64,000 nt of DNA, from the NCBI GenBank assembly GCA_963729605.1, contig CAVSNY010000007.1:864001-928000 (forward strand). The letters are read 5' to 3'. Both the position numbers and the translations under genes were made by a program. Position 1 is the stretch's first letter. Each line of letters begins with the position of its first letter. Positions 31,757 through 40,714 of the stretch are shown piece after piece. The stretch is from an uncultured Gammaproteobacteria bacterium. Lineage in GTDB: Bacteria; Pseudomonadota; Gammaproteobacteria; DRLM01. The notes below the pieces were generated by a model. The model had not been told where the DNA came from. It ran no database searches and saw only the letters and a program-made list of their open reading frames with translations.

Positions 31757-32068
31757 ATGGTCAACATCGGCACCTTCACCGCACAGAACGACGGCTTCAC
31801 CGGCACGGTCCGCACCCTGACGCTCAACGTCAAGGTCAAGTTCGTCCCCAACGACAAAGGCAGCGAGAATGCCCCCGACTTCCGCATCCAGGCGGCGGGC
31901 GGCTACGACATCGGCGCGGCATGGAAGAAAGTCAGCCAGGCCGAGCGGCCCTACCTGTCGGTGACGCTGGATGATCCGTCGTTCCCGGCGACCATCTACG
32001 CCCGCCTGATCGAAGAAGAAGACGGCTCGCACAACCTGATCTGGTCGCGCAGCAAGCCGGCGGCCTGA
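31757..32068 (+). CDS. DUF736 family protein
   Basis: IGTFT..GTVRTLTL..APDFRI..IGAAW..YLSVTLDDPSF..LIWSR; AAGGAG RBS. Confidence 0.9.
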   Translation: MVNIGTFTAQNDGFTGTVRTLTLNVKVKFVPNDKGSENAPDFRIQAAGGYDIGAAWKKVSQAERPYLSVTLDDPSFPATIYARLIEEEDGSHNLIWSRSKPAA

Positions 32069-32070
32069 CG

Positions 32071-32112
32071 GCCGCCCCGGCGCCCCGCCCACCGTGGCGG
32101 GGCGCTGGCGGC
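32071..32112. terminator. GC-rich hairpin between the convergent DUF736 and DAC genes
   Basis: CGCCCCGCC-caccgt-GGCGGGGCG; no U-tract. Confidence 0.5.
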
Positions 32113-32131
32113 GATAAGCTATCTCGCTACG

Positions 32132-33877
32132 CTAATCAATTAGATAACTCTCGTCCATCTCGGGATGAACTTCAAATTTCTCTGTTCCAAGATAAATCAG
32201 ACCGACTTCCTTCGGAAGATTATCCAGCCTTTCGATTGCCGTGTTTATCCGCTTACATTGATCCGCATTGATATAGAAACGATGGCCGTCTAGCCAATTC
32301 CGAGAATCGTGATAGTTGTCTAGGGTCGCTGATTCAAAAATTGCAACATGTCGCTCAATCACTCTACGACTGGCTAATCGTCGAAGCGGCGGAATTATAT
32401 CGACTGTGCGATCATCCGAAACGACAATAGCCAGCCTTCGATGGCTGGCCGTTTCTACGTAGCGCACGCCAGAGTTGAATCGCGACCCCCTTGAAGGGGT
32501 ACATTTATCATTCGCCTCACCATCCAAGATGATACCGATGGCATGGCAAACCCCCTTGGGGTCGAGCAATATGGTTCCGTCGATGCCACTGACACTCTGG
32601 AGTAACGGCTCGGAAAACTGGACAGGCAGAATAGTTGTGCCTTGTTTGCTAAGACGGTGCGCTTCGCTGGCCGCATCCTCAGCAACAACGATCATGCTGC
32701 CGTGCTCTTGCCGAATCTGAGCTAGTAGCAGGCCCCATAGATGTAGCCCATCCTGCTGTGAAGACTGAGGGAACAACCGTGCATAGTTTGCTAAGAAGGC
32801 TGCTTTATCGAAAGGTTCCTGTGGGAGCCTTGGCACTGCATAGTGACTGCGAAGCAGAATTTGACTGCCACAACGTAACTCCCACTGATAATGGTCGACG
32901 AAGGCAACCGTGAATGCATCTTGCTCGCAGGGGTTGTGCGAGTCTTTCAGATTCCCCAGACCATATATGTACTGACTGTTGGCAATGATTCCGACACCTG
33001 ACGTCGCCATCTGTAGAACCTTCCGAACCCATCGTGGCTGACGAAACGGCACCGGCTCAGCAAATTCCACGAGAAACTCGTTTGCCTCGTTTTCTGGATT
33101 TACGAGAATGAGATGGCCAATGCCTTTCGTTCTCTCGTACATGAGAGAAGAGACAAGGTTCAAGGCGTCAAAAAGGTCGGTGTGAATATATTGTTGCTCG
33201 ATGGCCAATCCCGGCGTGTGCAGGAAATCTTTCGCAGCAATGCGAACGATCTCTTCCGAAGTCCTCATACTGCGATGAGTAAACCGCCCTGGGTCTGGAT
33301 TGTGCAACTCTTCGGTAGCTTCGTGAAGAACAGCGTGCATTGCCGCATGAATTAGACTTCGAAACCCGGACCCCCGTCGTTTTTCATCAGCTTTCTTTGG
33401 AGGTAAGGGTGGGAATTGAACGAAGGTTGCGTTGGGGATTTGTACCACCGGAACCACATAATAATCATCTATGCGTCGAGCCTCACCACAAAAAGAGGTC
33501 ACGTCGTTGGCTGAATTGAAGGCTTCTAGCGCCTTAGCGACCCCCGTGCGAACGGAGTCGCGACGCATCCATTCCGGCTTATCACGCATGCTTGGCTCAT
33601 CGCCAAAAAAAATATTCTGTAAATCATGGCTGCGATAAGTCGATTCGACTGACTCTAGCAGACCATTAAATAGCGAAGGAGCCCATTTCCCGTCTTCCGG
33701 CTCTACACATACTTGATTTCGGTTGTTGCTATCGGGGCTGCGCACTCCAACTAAAAGCACCTCAGCATCCGCCTCCGCACCTAACTTCTTGAGGACATCC
33801 CGAGCCAGTATTTGGATATGAATTCTGTAGCTGGCCTGATAACCCCACATGAAGAGGTAAATGACACTACCTGCCAT
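32132..33877 (-). CDS. 581-aa protein with a C-terminal DisA_N/diadenylate-cyclase-like domain and a large N-terminal putative sensor region
   Basis: HGSMIVV..SGIDGTILLDPKG..AIGIILDG..RGSRFNSG..AIVVSDDRTVDI follows the DAC pattern HG.L / DGA / GxRHR / aivVSED, with DGT and RFN variants. Confidence 0.75.
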   Translation of the reverse strand: MAGSVIYLFMWGYQASYRIHIQILARDVLKKLGAEADAEVLLVGVRSPDSNNRNQVCVEPEDGKWAPSLFNGLLESVESTYRSHDLQNIFFGDEPSMRDKPEWMRRDSVRTGVAKALEAFNSANDVTSFCGEARRIDDYYVVPVVQIPNATFVQFPPLPPKKADEKRRGSGFRSLIHAAMHAVLHEATEELHNPDPGRFTHRSMRTSEEIVRIAAKDFLHTPGLAIEQQYIHTDLFDALNLVSSLMYERTKGIGHLILVNPENEANEFLVEFAEPVPFRQPRWVRKVLQMATSGVGIIANSQYIYGLGNLKDSHNPCEQDAFTVAFVDHYQWELRCGSQILLRSHYAVPRLPQEPFDKAAFLANYARLFPQSSQQDGLHLWGLLLAQIRQEHGSMIVVAEDAASEAHRLSKQGTTILPVQFSEPLLQSVSGIDGTILLDPKGVCHAIGIILDGEANDKCTPSRGSRFNSGVRYVETASHRRLAIVVSDDRTVDIIPPLRRLASRRVIERHVAIFESATLDNYHDSRNWLDGHRFYINADQCKRINTAIERLDNLPKEVGLIYLGTEKFEVHPEMDESYLID

Positions 33878-33925
33878 GACAGACTCCCGTGCTCACTGAC
33901 TGCCACGTCCCCACGCCAAGTGCAC

Positions 33926-34819
33926 TCACCAGTTATTCCACAGCCTGATGGCGGATTGGATAAATGCCTCTGCGTTGGCTTTTTCCCACGACGTGTGAGA
34001 CCCCTCCCAAAGCAGATAATATTGTTCATTGGCACATACCAACTTGCTCTTGTCTGCTTCCGTTTGAATCCAGTTTATTGCGTTAACAAAGCAATCAGCA
34101 TAGCTAGATCCGAACTTCTCGGCAGGCACGTTGTAGAGCAGTCCTTCCAGATAATACGATGGCGCGATTCCCGACTTCAATGCGCCGTCAGCAACGAGCT
34201 TGCTTCGGAGATTCTTGAATACGCGAACCATGGGTTTCAGTCTCTTGTTGCTGTTCTGATGTTTCTTGGTCAGATTTTCCGAGTGCTGCTTTGGATAGTT
34301 GGCGATGCGCTCACCAGCTCCGTTAAAGAAGCAGATGCCCTCGTCATAGATCGCGTCGTAGGTGCTTTTGAACTTCCAATAGCGGCGGAACTGCGTCGCT
34401 ACGATGACGTCGACTTTCCGTCTGCTACCGTTCGCCGCTATGGCAATGGCCTTGTCTCCCACCTTGACGTCAGAACCAAAGCGGTCAGTGAGCGCCTTGA
34501 TGACATCCCTCTTGTACTGGTCATACGTATAGGTGGCCGGAACACGTGCGTGGTCGTATGCTGCTTTATCTTCAGGCGACAGAGATGTCAGATCGCTGTA
34601 GTAAACGTCATCAAGTCGTATGACCACATCCACGTCGCTTTCCGCATAGATGTTGGTGTCATTTCCATAGGAACCCTGCAAGAAGACCTTGTAACTCTTC
34701 CCGTGGTATTTAGCGCTCGTCGCTTCTAGAGCATTCTTGATTGTGTTGTAAGTCGTGGCGGACTGTGTGATAGATCCTTGATGAGACCAGACTTCAAGCT
34801 GCGATTCAGGTATCCCCAT
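33926..34819 (-). CDS. cdnE: CBASS CD-NTase, CdnE (clade E)-like
   Basis: [66 protein letters not shown]; closely resembles characterised CdnE enzymes as I recall them. Confidence 0.88.
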   Translation of the reverse strand: MGIPESQLEVWSHQGSITQSATTYNTIKNALEATSAKYHGKSYKVFLQGSYGNDTNIYAESDVDVVIRLDDVYYSDLTSLSPEDKAAYDHARVPATYTYDQYKRDVIKALTDRFGSDVKVGDKAIAIAANGSRRKVDVIVATQFRRYWKFKSTYDAIYDEGICFFNGAGERIANYPKQHSENLTKKHQNSNKRLKPMVRVFKNLRSKLVADGALKSGIAPSYYLEGLLYNVPAEKFGSSYADCFVNAINWIQTEADKSKLVCANEQYYLLWEGSHTSWEKANAEAFIQSAIRLWNNW

Positions 34820-34831
34820 ATTCCCCACCCT

Positions 34832-35794
34832 CTATACCAAGAAGTTCCTTAGCTGCTCCTCGCGTACAGCGAACGACTCGCTGCCTCGCTGTCGAAGAAT
34901 ATTCAGCTTATCAAGGTTGTGCTCCATCAGATCGGTTGCCATTTCTGGACGCTCAAAGGTGTCGCTAATCCGGATTGTCGCGATATCCTTAAACAAAATT
35001 TCACGCAATTGATCCAGTGATTGGGTGTTGATTTCTAGAGTTTTTTGAAGCAGCTGCACCGCAAGCCACTTCTTTGCGATCCTCATCAGAAACCCGGGTT
35101 TAGGGTCCGGGTATATGCCAACACCTACATTCACCACTCGGATGTCTTTGCGCTCCTTTCTCATGGCCACAGTCGCATCGGCAACTGCAAAAAGGGTTGG
35201 ATTGTTCGCGCAATAGCCACCATCGATCAACTCAATCTTATCTCCTGCGGAGGTAACAACAATCTTCCGTTCAAAAAACGGATAGGCTGAGCAAGACGCC
35301 TGTACAGCATCCGCGATGCTTACACCGAACCCTGGTTTGAAGGTTCCTTTGCGACCATGGGCCTGTGCGACACTCCCTTTGAAAATCATCGGCCGCTCTG
35401 TCATCCAACGAGTGGCGACGATACCGATGCCAGTCATGACATCTTCAAATGTTTTTTCCTTGAAAACCTCTTTTGCCAGACTTTGAAGTGCAGCCGTCTT
35501 GGCAGCAGCCGACTTGCAGGCCATGACTCTTGGCACATGTTCCTTGTAAAGATCGTGTATCTGGTCTACTTCGTATCCAAGTGCGATGAGTGCAGCGATG
35601 ATGGCGCCGGTGCTCGTCCCAAATACAAGATCGAACCTCTTGTACAGATGACAACCAAGCATGGCCTCAATTTCTTTGAGCACTCCAAGCGTATAGAAGC
35701 CCTTCGCACCACCGCCGTCGAGAGCAAGAATGCGACACACACCATCACCCGTGTACTCGGTGGTGAGCGAGGATGCCTGGCGGGAATTAGACAT
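34832..35794 (-). CDS. CBASS patatin-like phospholipase effector (CapV/CapE-like)
   Basis: ILALDGGGAKG, GTSTG (GxSxG), DGGYCANNP; immediately upstream of the CD-NTase. Confidence 0.88.
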   Translation of the reverse strand: MSNSRQASSLTTEYTGDGVCRILALDGGGAKGFYTLGVLKEIEAMLGCHLYKRFDLVFGTSTGAIIAALIALGYEVDQIHDLYKEHVPRVMACKSAAAKTAALQSLAKEVFKEKTFEDVMTGIGIVATRWMTERPMIFKGSVAQAHGRKGTFKPGFGVSIADAVQASCSAYPFFERKIVVTSAGDKIELIDGGYCANNPTLFAVADATVAMRKERKDIRVVNVGVGIYPDPKPGFLMRIAKKWLAVQLLQKTLEINTQSLDQLREILFKDIATIRISDTFERPEMATDLMEHNLDKLNILRQRGSESFAVREEQLRNFLV

Positions 35795-36083
35795 GCTCTT
35801 TTTTCTCCACGATAGCGTCCAATTCTTGTCGAACTTGGTTCAGAAGCTGCTTGATATTCCGCGGTTGGTCGCCGGCATACGCCAGCGTCAGCAACGTAAG
35901 AGGATGGATCTCCATGACCTCGCACAACTCGGTCAGCTTGTTCAGGGTCGGGCTTTTCAGGTCGCGCTCCAGCGAACTCAGGTAGGTGCGGCTGGACACG
36001 TCCGAGAACGCCTCTTGGCTCAGGCCGCGTGCCTTCCTGATCCGTCGTAGTGCATCGGGCAACGATGGCTTGAGCGTCGTCAT
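35787..36083 (-). CDS. Xre-family HTH regulator (ICE backbone)
   Basis: ALRRIRKARGLSQEAF..SRTYLSSLERDLKSPTL; its stop overlaps the patatin ATG. Confidence 0.9.
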   Translation of the reverse strand: MTTLKPSLPDALRRIRKARGLSQEAFSDVSSRTYLSSLERDLKSPTLNKLTELCEVMEIHPLTLLTLAYAGDQPRNIKQLLNQVRQELDAIVEKKEHV

Positions 36084-36362
36084 TCTGGACTTTCCCCAAA
36101 ATCCAGAATGACAACTCATTGCATCCTATAGGGCTACAATCTATAGTGTTCATTTGATGCTGTGAACCGCCGCCTCTGTTCTTCCGTGCTTTTACAGAAA
36201 TCCGCTTCGGTGGATGTGTGCTGATCCGGGGAACCGCTTCTGTGCCTTTGATTCTTTCCACTGTTCCGGTTTCGCGCTTTCGCGCTTCGGCGTACAAGCG
36301 CATCCGTGCATCGTCGGCTTTGTGCGGTTGCCAGCCCGCCAGGAGGCAGCGCCCATGAAGCC

Positions 36363-37729
36363 CAATCCACCGAACTTAAGCCATGTCACCCCTTGTAGGC
36401 ATAGCGAGGATGAGGCTTGAAGCGGTCGGTGGGACGTGGCCGAGATCGACCGGGGATGAAGCGCTGGGTGTTGGCAGCCAGGAGTGCCAGGGTGTTGGCG
36501 ATGAGGTCGAGCACGTCGCCCACCATTAACAAGACGCTGGGCAGCATGCGGTGCAGGCAGACGGCGGCATAGCTGCGCGTGCAACGCCGCGCGGCGTTGA
36601 GTGGGGCGTGCTCACGCAGGGCTGCAGCACACATCAACGAGGCGATGTTGTCGGCCAGCACCTTGGCGGCCACGTCGATGATCAGCGCCTGCTGGCTCAG
36701 GCCGGAGACGGCCTCCAGGTGCAGCCGGTGCTTCAGACGCTTGAAGGCCTCCTCGATGCGCCAGCGCTGGTGGTACAGCGCGGCGAAGGCGGGGGCGTCG
36801 GCCTCGTGGGCTTGGAGGTTGGTGGCCAGCACGCGCACGGCGCCATTGGGGGCGACGTTGCGCACCAGGCGCACGCAGGCGGCCTGGCGGGTGCAGCCCC
36901 AGTCGGCGGCGTCCTGGGCCGAGGCGGCATTGAGGGTGGCCAGGCACTCGGACTGGCCGCTGCGGACGAACTCGCGCACCGCACGCCAGCCGCTGGTGTT
37001 GTCGCAGCGCATGATGAAGCGGATGCCGCGCTGCACCAGCAACTGCACCAGCCAGGCGGCCGGATAGCCGCGGTCCAGGAGCAGCACGTCGTCGGGGCGC
37101 AGCTTGTCCAGCGCCTCCATCAGCATGGCGCGCTCGGAAGTGGCCGCGCTGTGCACGGCCGCATGCAGGGTCAGTTCCGAGCCGGGCAGGTACAGGCAGA
37201 ACAGCCGCTGATCAGCGCAGGCGGCGCCGGCCGTGCGGTGGCAAGGCCGCAGAGCGGGCATCAGCACCGAGGCATCGCCGGCGACGAGGCGAAAGCCCTG
37301 CCAGCGAAGCACTGCGCCGGCGTGCTCGGCGCGATCGACCAGGCGGTCATTGAGCCAGGACAGCGCCGGCATGTGCAGCCGGGCGCGGGCCTTGGCGAAG
37401 GCGCGGTCGCTGAGGCCGCGCACCAAGCCGGGCGAGCCCAGCAGCGAAGCGAAGAAGGCATCGAGCGAAGCCTGCTGCGAGCCCGCACGCAGACTCAGCA
37501 GCGAGGCGACCAGCGCCGGCAGCGGCAAGCGCCGAGTGCGCCGGAATGCGTTGGGGTGGTCGGGATGGCGCGCGCGTTGCGCAAACCCGTCCGAAGTGAT
37601 CGTGTCAGACAGGTCCAGCAGCAAGGACTGGATAAATTCACAGGCTTGAGTTCATATTGAGAATTGAACTCGAAAAAGTCAATTATATCAACTACTTAGC
37701 TCAGGTTGGGGCTTAAGTTCGGTGGATTG
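36363..37729 (-). mobile_element. IS4-family insertion sequence, 1367 bp
   Basis: Perfect 20-bp terminal inverted repeats CAATCCACCGAACTTAAGCC / GGCTTAAGTTCGGTGGATTG; 10-bp target duplication CCATGAAGCC at 36353-36362 and 37730-37739; IHF consensus TATCAACTACTTA at 37686. Confidence 0.93.
36386..37624 (-). CDS. IS4-family DDE transposase
   Basis: VAGDAS, LLDRGY, YHQRWRIEEAFKRLK (Y-2-R-3-E-6-K signature); start codon uncertain. Confidence 0.92.
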   Translation of the reverse strand: MLLDLSDTITSDGFAQRARHPDHPNAFRRTRRLPLPALVASLLSLRAGSQQASLDAFFASLLGSPGLVRGLSDRAFAKARARLHMPALSWLNDRLVDRAEHAGAVLRWQGFRLVAGDASVLMPALRPCHRTAGAACADQRLFCLYLPGSELTLHAAVHSAATSERAMLMEALDKLRPDDVLLLDRGYPAAWLVQLLVQRGIRFIMRCDNTSGWRAVREFVRSGQSECLATLNAASAQDAADWGCTRQAACVRLVRNVAPNGAVRVLATNLQAHEADAPAFAALYHQRWRIEEAFKRLKHRLHLEAVSGLSQQALIIDVAAKVLADNIASLMCAAALREHAPLNAARRCTRSYAAVCLHRMLPSVLLMVGDVLDLIANTLALLAANTQRFIPGRSRPRPTDRFKPHPRYAYKG

Positions 37730-37731
37730 CC

Positions 37732-38079
37732 ATGAAGCCCCTCGTCACCGACGCGCAGCGCGCCCAGCTGCTCGCCACCGGCCACGCCCGCGCCGAAGGC
37801 CAGGCCCTCGACCCGTTGCCGGTGGTTCGCTTGTTCACCCCAGATGCGCACGCCACTTGGCTGCTCGCCACCCTCGATCCCGAGGATGGCGACACGGCCT
37901 ATGGCTTGTGCGACATTGGCATCGGCCTGCCCACGCTGGGCACCGTGCGGTTGTCCGAACTGGCGTCCATCGTCGGGCCACAGGCGCGGCCCATCGAGCG
38001 GGATCTGTATTTCGTCGCTCAGCGCACGCTGTCGGAATACACGCGGCTGGCACGCATTAACGGCTCGGTCATCGACTGA
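37732..38079 (+). CDS. DUF2958 protein
   Basis: PVVRLFTPDAHATWLL..AYGLCDIGIG.P.LG.V.LSEL..IERDLYF. Confidence 0.88.
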   Translation: MKPLVTDAQRAQLLATGHARAEGQALDPLPVVRLFTPDAHATWLLATLDPEDGDTAYGLCDIGIGLPTLGTVRLSELASIVGPQARPIERDLYFVAQRTLSEYTRLARINGSVID

Positions 38080-38414
38080 GCAGCCCCAGCACAGCGCCGC
38101 CAAGCGCGGCGCACTGTGTCTATTTCGGTCTGGGTTCAGACCGCCCGCGCATCAATCGGCACTCATGCACCGGCGAAGTGCGGGCATGACCAAAACAGTC
38201 CTGATTGCCGATGCGGCTTGCGGCACCGTGTCCATTGCTGCGCACCATCATCGTTCGCGCAGCCGTCGCATTCGGACGACCTGTGCAATGTCCTGGAGCC
38301 AATCGGTCTTGACACCGCCAGCTTAGCGAGTACCCGTGACGATACGTCGATGAAGCCGTAGCTCCCCCTGACGCCCGTGGCGACGAGCCCTGTTGTTCGA
38401 CAGGAGGCTGCGTC

Positions 38415-39197
38415 ATGGCAGAGTCCGATCACTGGCGCCCCGGTGCCGCTTACCTTTACGTCCTGCACCTGGACGGCCCCGCGTTAGCGTGGGAATACCT
38501 GCGCCGTCACCCCGACTATCGGCGCGACTGGCTGCGCCGTCGCCGTCATCCCGGAGCGGCGCAGCACTGGGGCCTGCGCTTGCTGGAAGACCCGGCCCTG
38601 GATGCGCGCGACGCGCACCCGGCCTGGTTTCCCGATCACGACAGCGTGGTGCTGCTCTATCCCGATGCGGACCCGCCGCCCGATGCCGAACGCTTTGCGT
38701 TCTGGCATCTGCCAGGTCGCAAGCAACTGATCCACGACGGGCGGCGGTTGGTGCTGGCCACCCGCTGGGCCGGCTGCTGTCTGCGCCTGGCCTTCGCGTC
38801 CGATCTGGCGGATGGCATGGCCTACGCCTATGCCATGCGCGCATCGCCTGATCCCTGTTCGCGTTGCCGCGCGCTGGTAGGCGAACTGGACAAACTGGTG
38901 GCGGTCGCACCAACGGCACTGGCCGGGGCACGCCCTTCGGCGACCGCACTGTTGGAGCTGCGCACCTTGCAGGCGCTCGACGGCACGCTGGCCGGTGCAT
39001 CGCTGCGCGCCGTGGCTGACGTGTTGTTCGGCACTGCGGCGGTCGCCAAAGACTGGCACGCCGACGGCGCGCTGCGTGCCCGCGTGCGCCGCCTGGTGCG
39101 GCGGGGCCAGACCTTGATGCGTGGCGGCTACCGCCGTCTCGCGCAGCTTCATCCGCCCACGCAGGGACGTTTCGCATCCTTCGCAAAACGTCCCTGA
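38415..39197 (+). CDS. DUF6499/DUF2285 transcriptional activator-like protein (FseA-like)
   Basis: LAWEYLRRHPDY N-terminal motif; C-terminal LQALDG..GASLRAVA..RVRRLV..LMRGGYRRL; AGGAGG RBS. Confidence 0.8.
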   Translation: MAESDHWRPGAAYLYVLHLDGPALAWEYLRRHPDYRRDWLRRRRHPGAAQHWGLRLLEDPALDARDAHPAWFPDHDSVVLLYPDADPPPDAERFAFWHLPGRKQLIHDGRRLVLATRWAGCCLRLAFASDLADGMAYAYAMRASPDPCSRCRALVGELDKLVAVAPTALAGARPSATALLELRTLQALDGTLAGASLRAVADVLFGTAAVAKDWHADGALRARVRRLVRRGQTLMRGGYRRLAQLHPPTQGRFASFAKRP

Positions 39198-39280
39198 GCA
39201 CAGCGCCTTTCTTTTCTGAGACTGCCTCCATCCGGCCGCGCTGTCGCGGTCGGCGATTCAGACCGATGGAGGTTCACGCC

Positions 39281-39571
39281 ATGAGACCCGCACCGCTGCG
39301 GCCGCAAGCCGCTCCCGCTGCTCAGCAGCAACCCGCGCAGCCTTCGCGCTATCTCACCAACGACGAAGCCGCCGACTTCCTGCGCCTGTCGCCGCGCACG
39401 CTGGAAAAGCAACGCGTCATCGGCGGCGGCCCGCGCTTTCGCAAGTTCGGCCGCCGCGTGATGTATTCGGTGGCCGACCTCGATGCCTGGGCCGACGCGC
39501 GCAGCTTCGAGGCCACGTCCGACCCCGAGTACGCCGAGCGCCACGCCGGTGACTACCGCGATGGCCGCTGA
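39281..39571 (+). CDS. AlpA/MerR-like HTH, probable excisionase (RdfS-like)
   Basis: YLTNDEAADFLRLSPRTLEKQRVIGGGPRFRKFGRRVMY..DLDAW. Confidence 0.85.
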   Translation: MRPAPLRPQAAPAAQQQPAQPSRYLTNDEAADFLRLSPRTLEKQRVIGGGPRFRKFGRRVMYSVADLDAWADARSFEATSDPEYAERHAGDYRDGR

Positions 39572-39585
39572 CAGCCGGCGCGCGG

Positions 39586-40425
39586 GTGGCCCTCGTCGTG
39601 TCCAGCCTGGAGAAGGAGCGCGAACAGCTCGACCTGTTCCGCGCGCTGCCGGGCGACATGGCGCCGCGCGACGCACAAGACCTGATGGCCTATCCGTTCT
39701 TCTCGCTGGCCAAGTCGCGGCGCACGGCGCCGATCGACTTCCGCTCCGGTGGCGTCACCGTGCGCGTGGAAGGCACGCAAGAGCACGGCATCGCCACCAT
39801 CTGGGATGCCGACATCCTCATCTGGGCCGCCAGCCAGATCGTCGAGGCGCGCGATTCAGGCATCCGCCCATCGCGCAGGATGCAGGCCACGCCTTACGAG
39901 ATCCTGCGATTCATCGGCCGCGGCACGTCGCTGCGCGACTACCAGCGCCTCAAGGCCGCGCTGGATCGCCTGCAATCGACCACCATTGCCACCTCGATCC
40001 GCGAGACCACGGGGCGGCGCCTGCATCGCTTCTCGTGGATCAACGAGTGGAAGGAGCGCGCGGATGCCAGGGGCGCGCCGCTCGGCCTCGAACTCATCCT
40101 GCCGGATTGGTTCTTTGCCGGCGTGCTGGACGAAGCCTTGGTGCTCACCATCGACCCGGCGTACTTCAAGCTCACCGGCGGCATCGAGCGCTGGCTGTAC
40201 CGCCTGGTGCGCAAGCACGGTGGCAAGCAGCGCGACGGCTGGCAGTTCGACTTCCCCTACCTGTATCGCAAGTCGGGCAGCCTGGCGCAGCCCCGCGACT
40301 TCGCCCGCGACCTGCGCACGTTGGCTGCTCGGCAATCGCTGCCCGGCTATGTGCTGTCCGTCGAGCGCTGGCCCGGCACGCCGGAAATCCTCGCCTTTCG
40401 CCCCGTGCCGTCCACGGCACGTTGA
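39586..40425 (+). CDS. repA: Replication initiator protein A
   Basis: QLDLF, RDAQDLMAYPFFSLAK, GIATIWDADILIW, YFKLTGGIERWLYRLVRKH; start 39586 or 39598. Confidence 0.88.
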   Translation: MALVVSSLEKEREQLDLFRALPGDMAPRDAQDLMAYPFFSLAKSRRTAPIDFRSGGVTVRVEGTQEHGIATIWDADILIWAASQIVEARDSGIRPSRRMQATPYEILRFIGRGTSLRDYQRLKAALDRLQSTTIATSIRETTGRRLHRFSWINEWKERADARGAPLGLELILPDWFFAGVLDEALVLTIDPAYFKLTGGIERWLYRLVRKHGGKQRDGWQFDFPYLYRKSGSLAQPRDFARDLRTLAARQSLPGYVLSVERWPGTPEILAFRPVPSTAR

Positions 40426-40464
40426 TAACCGCGGGGATGAAAACGGGACAAGCTGTGAATGGGC

Positions 40465-40642
40465 TCGTGCTATCGGGCGCGCCGGGACTCGTGCTATCAG
40501 GCGCACCCGTATCGTGCTATCAGGCGCGCGAATCGCGCCTAACTTCAGTGGGCACAAGGATTTTTCCTGCGCTTAACTTTATATCTAACTTTAAAAGCTA
40601 TCTAACGAGTAACAAGACCTTGTTATTGGGCCGGTGGATAAC
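40465..40642 (+). other. Putative oriV: three iterons, an AT-rich tract and a DnaA-like box
   Basis: TCGTGCTATCRGGCGC at 40465, 40489 and 40512; AT-rich TAACT/CTAAC repeats at about 40573-40613; GGTGGATAA at 40633. Confidence 0.7.
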
Positions 40643-40714
40643 CGCCGAAGGTCAACAGCAAAGGCGTTTTTCAGGCCGTTCATCGAGCCGCTTTCCACTA
40701 GGGAGGGCTGCGCC

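Noticed and set aside
36175-36320. Degenerate short repeats (TTTCGCGC-like) in the Xre/DUF2958 intergenic region
   Set aside because: Too degenerate to define a unit by eye; needs a periodicity test.
40465-40527. Three 16-bp repeats as a mini-CRISPR
   Set aside because: Spacers are only 7-8 bp and the position next to repA fits iterons.
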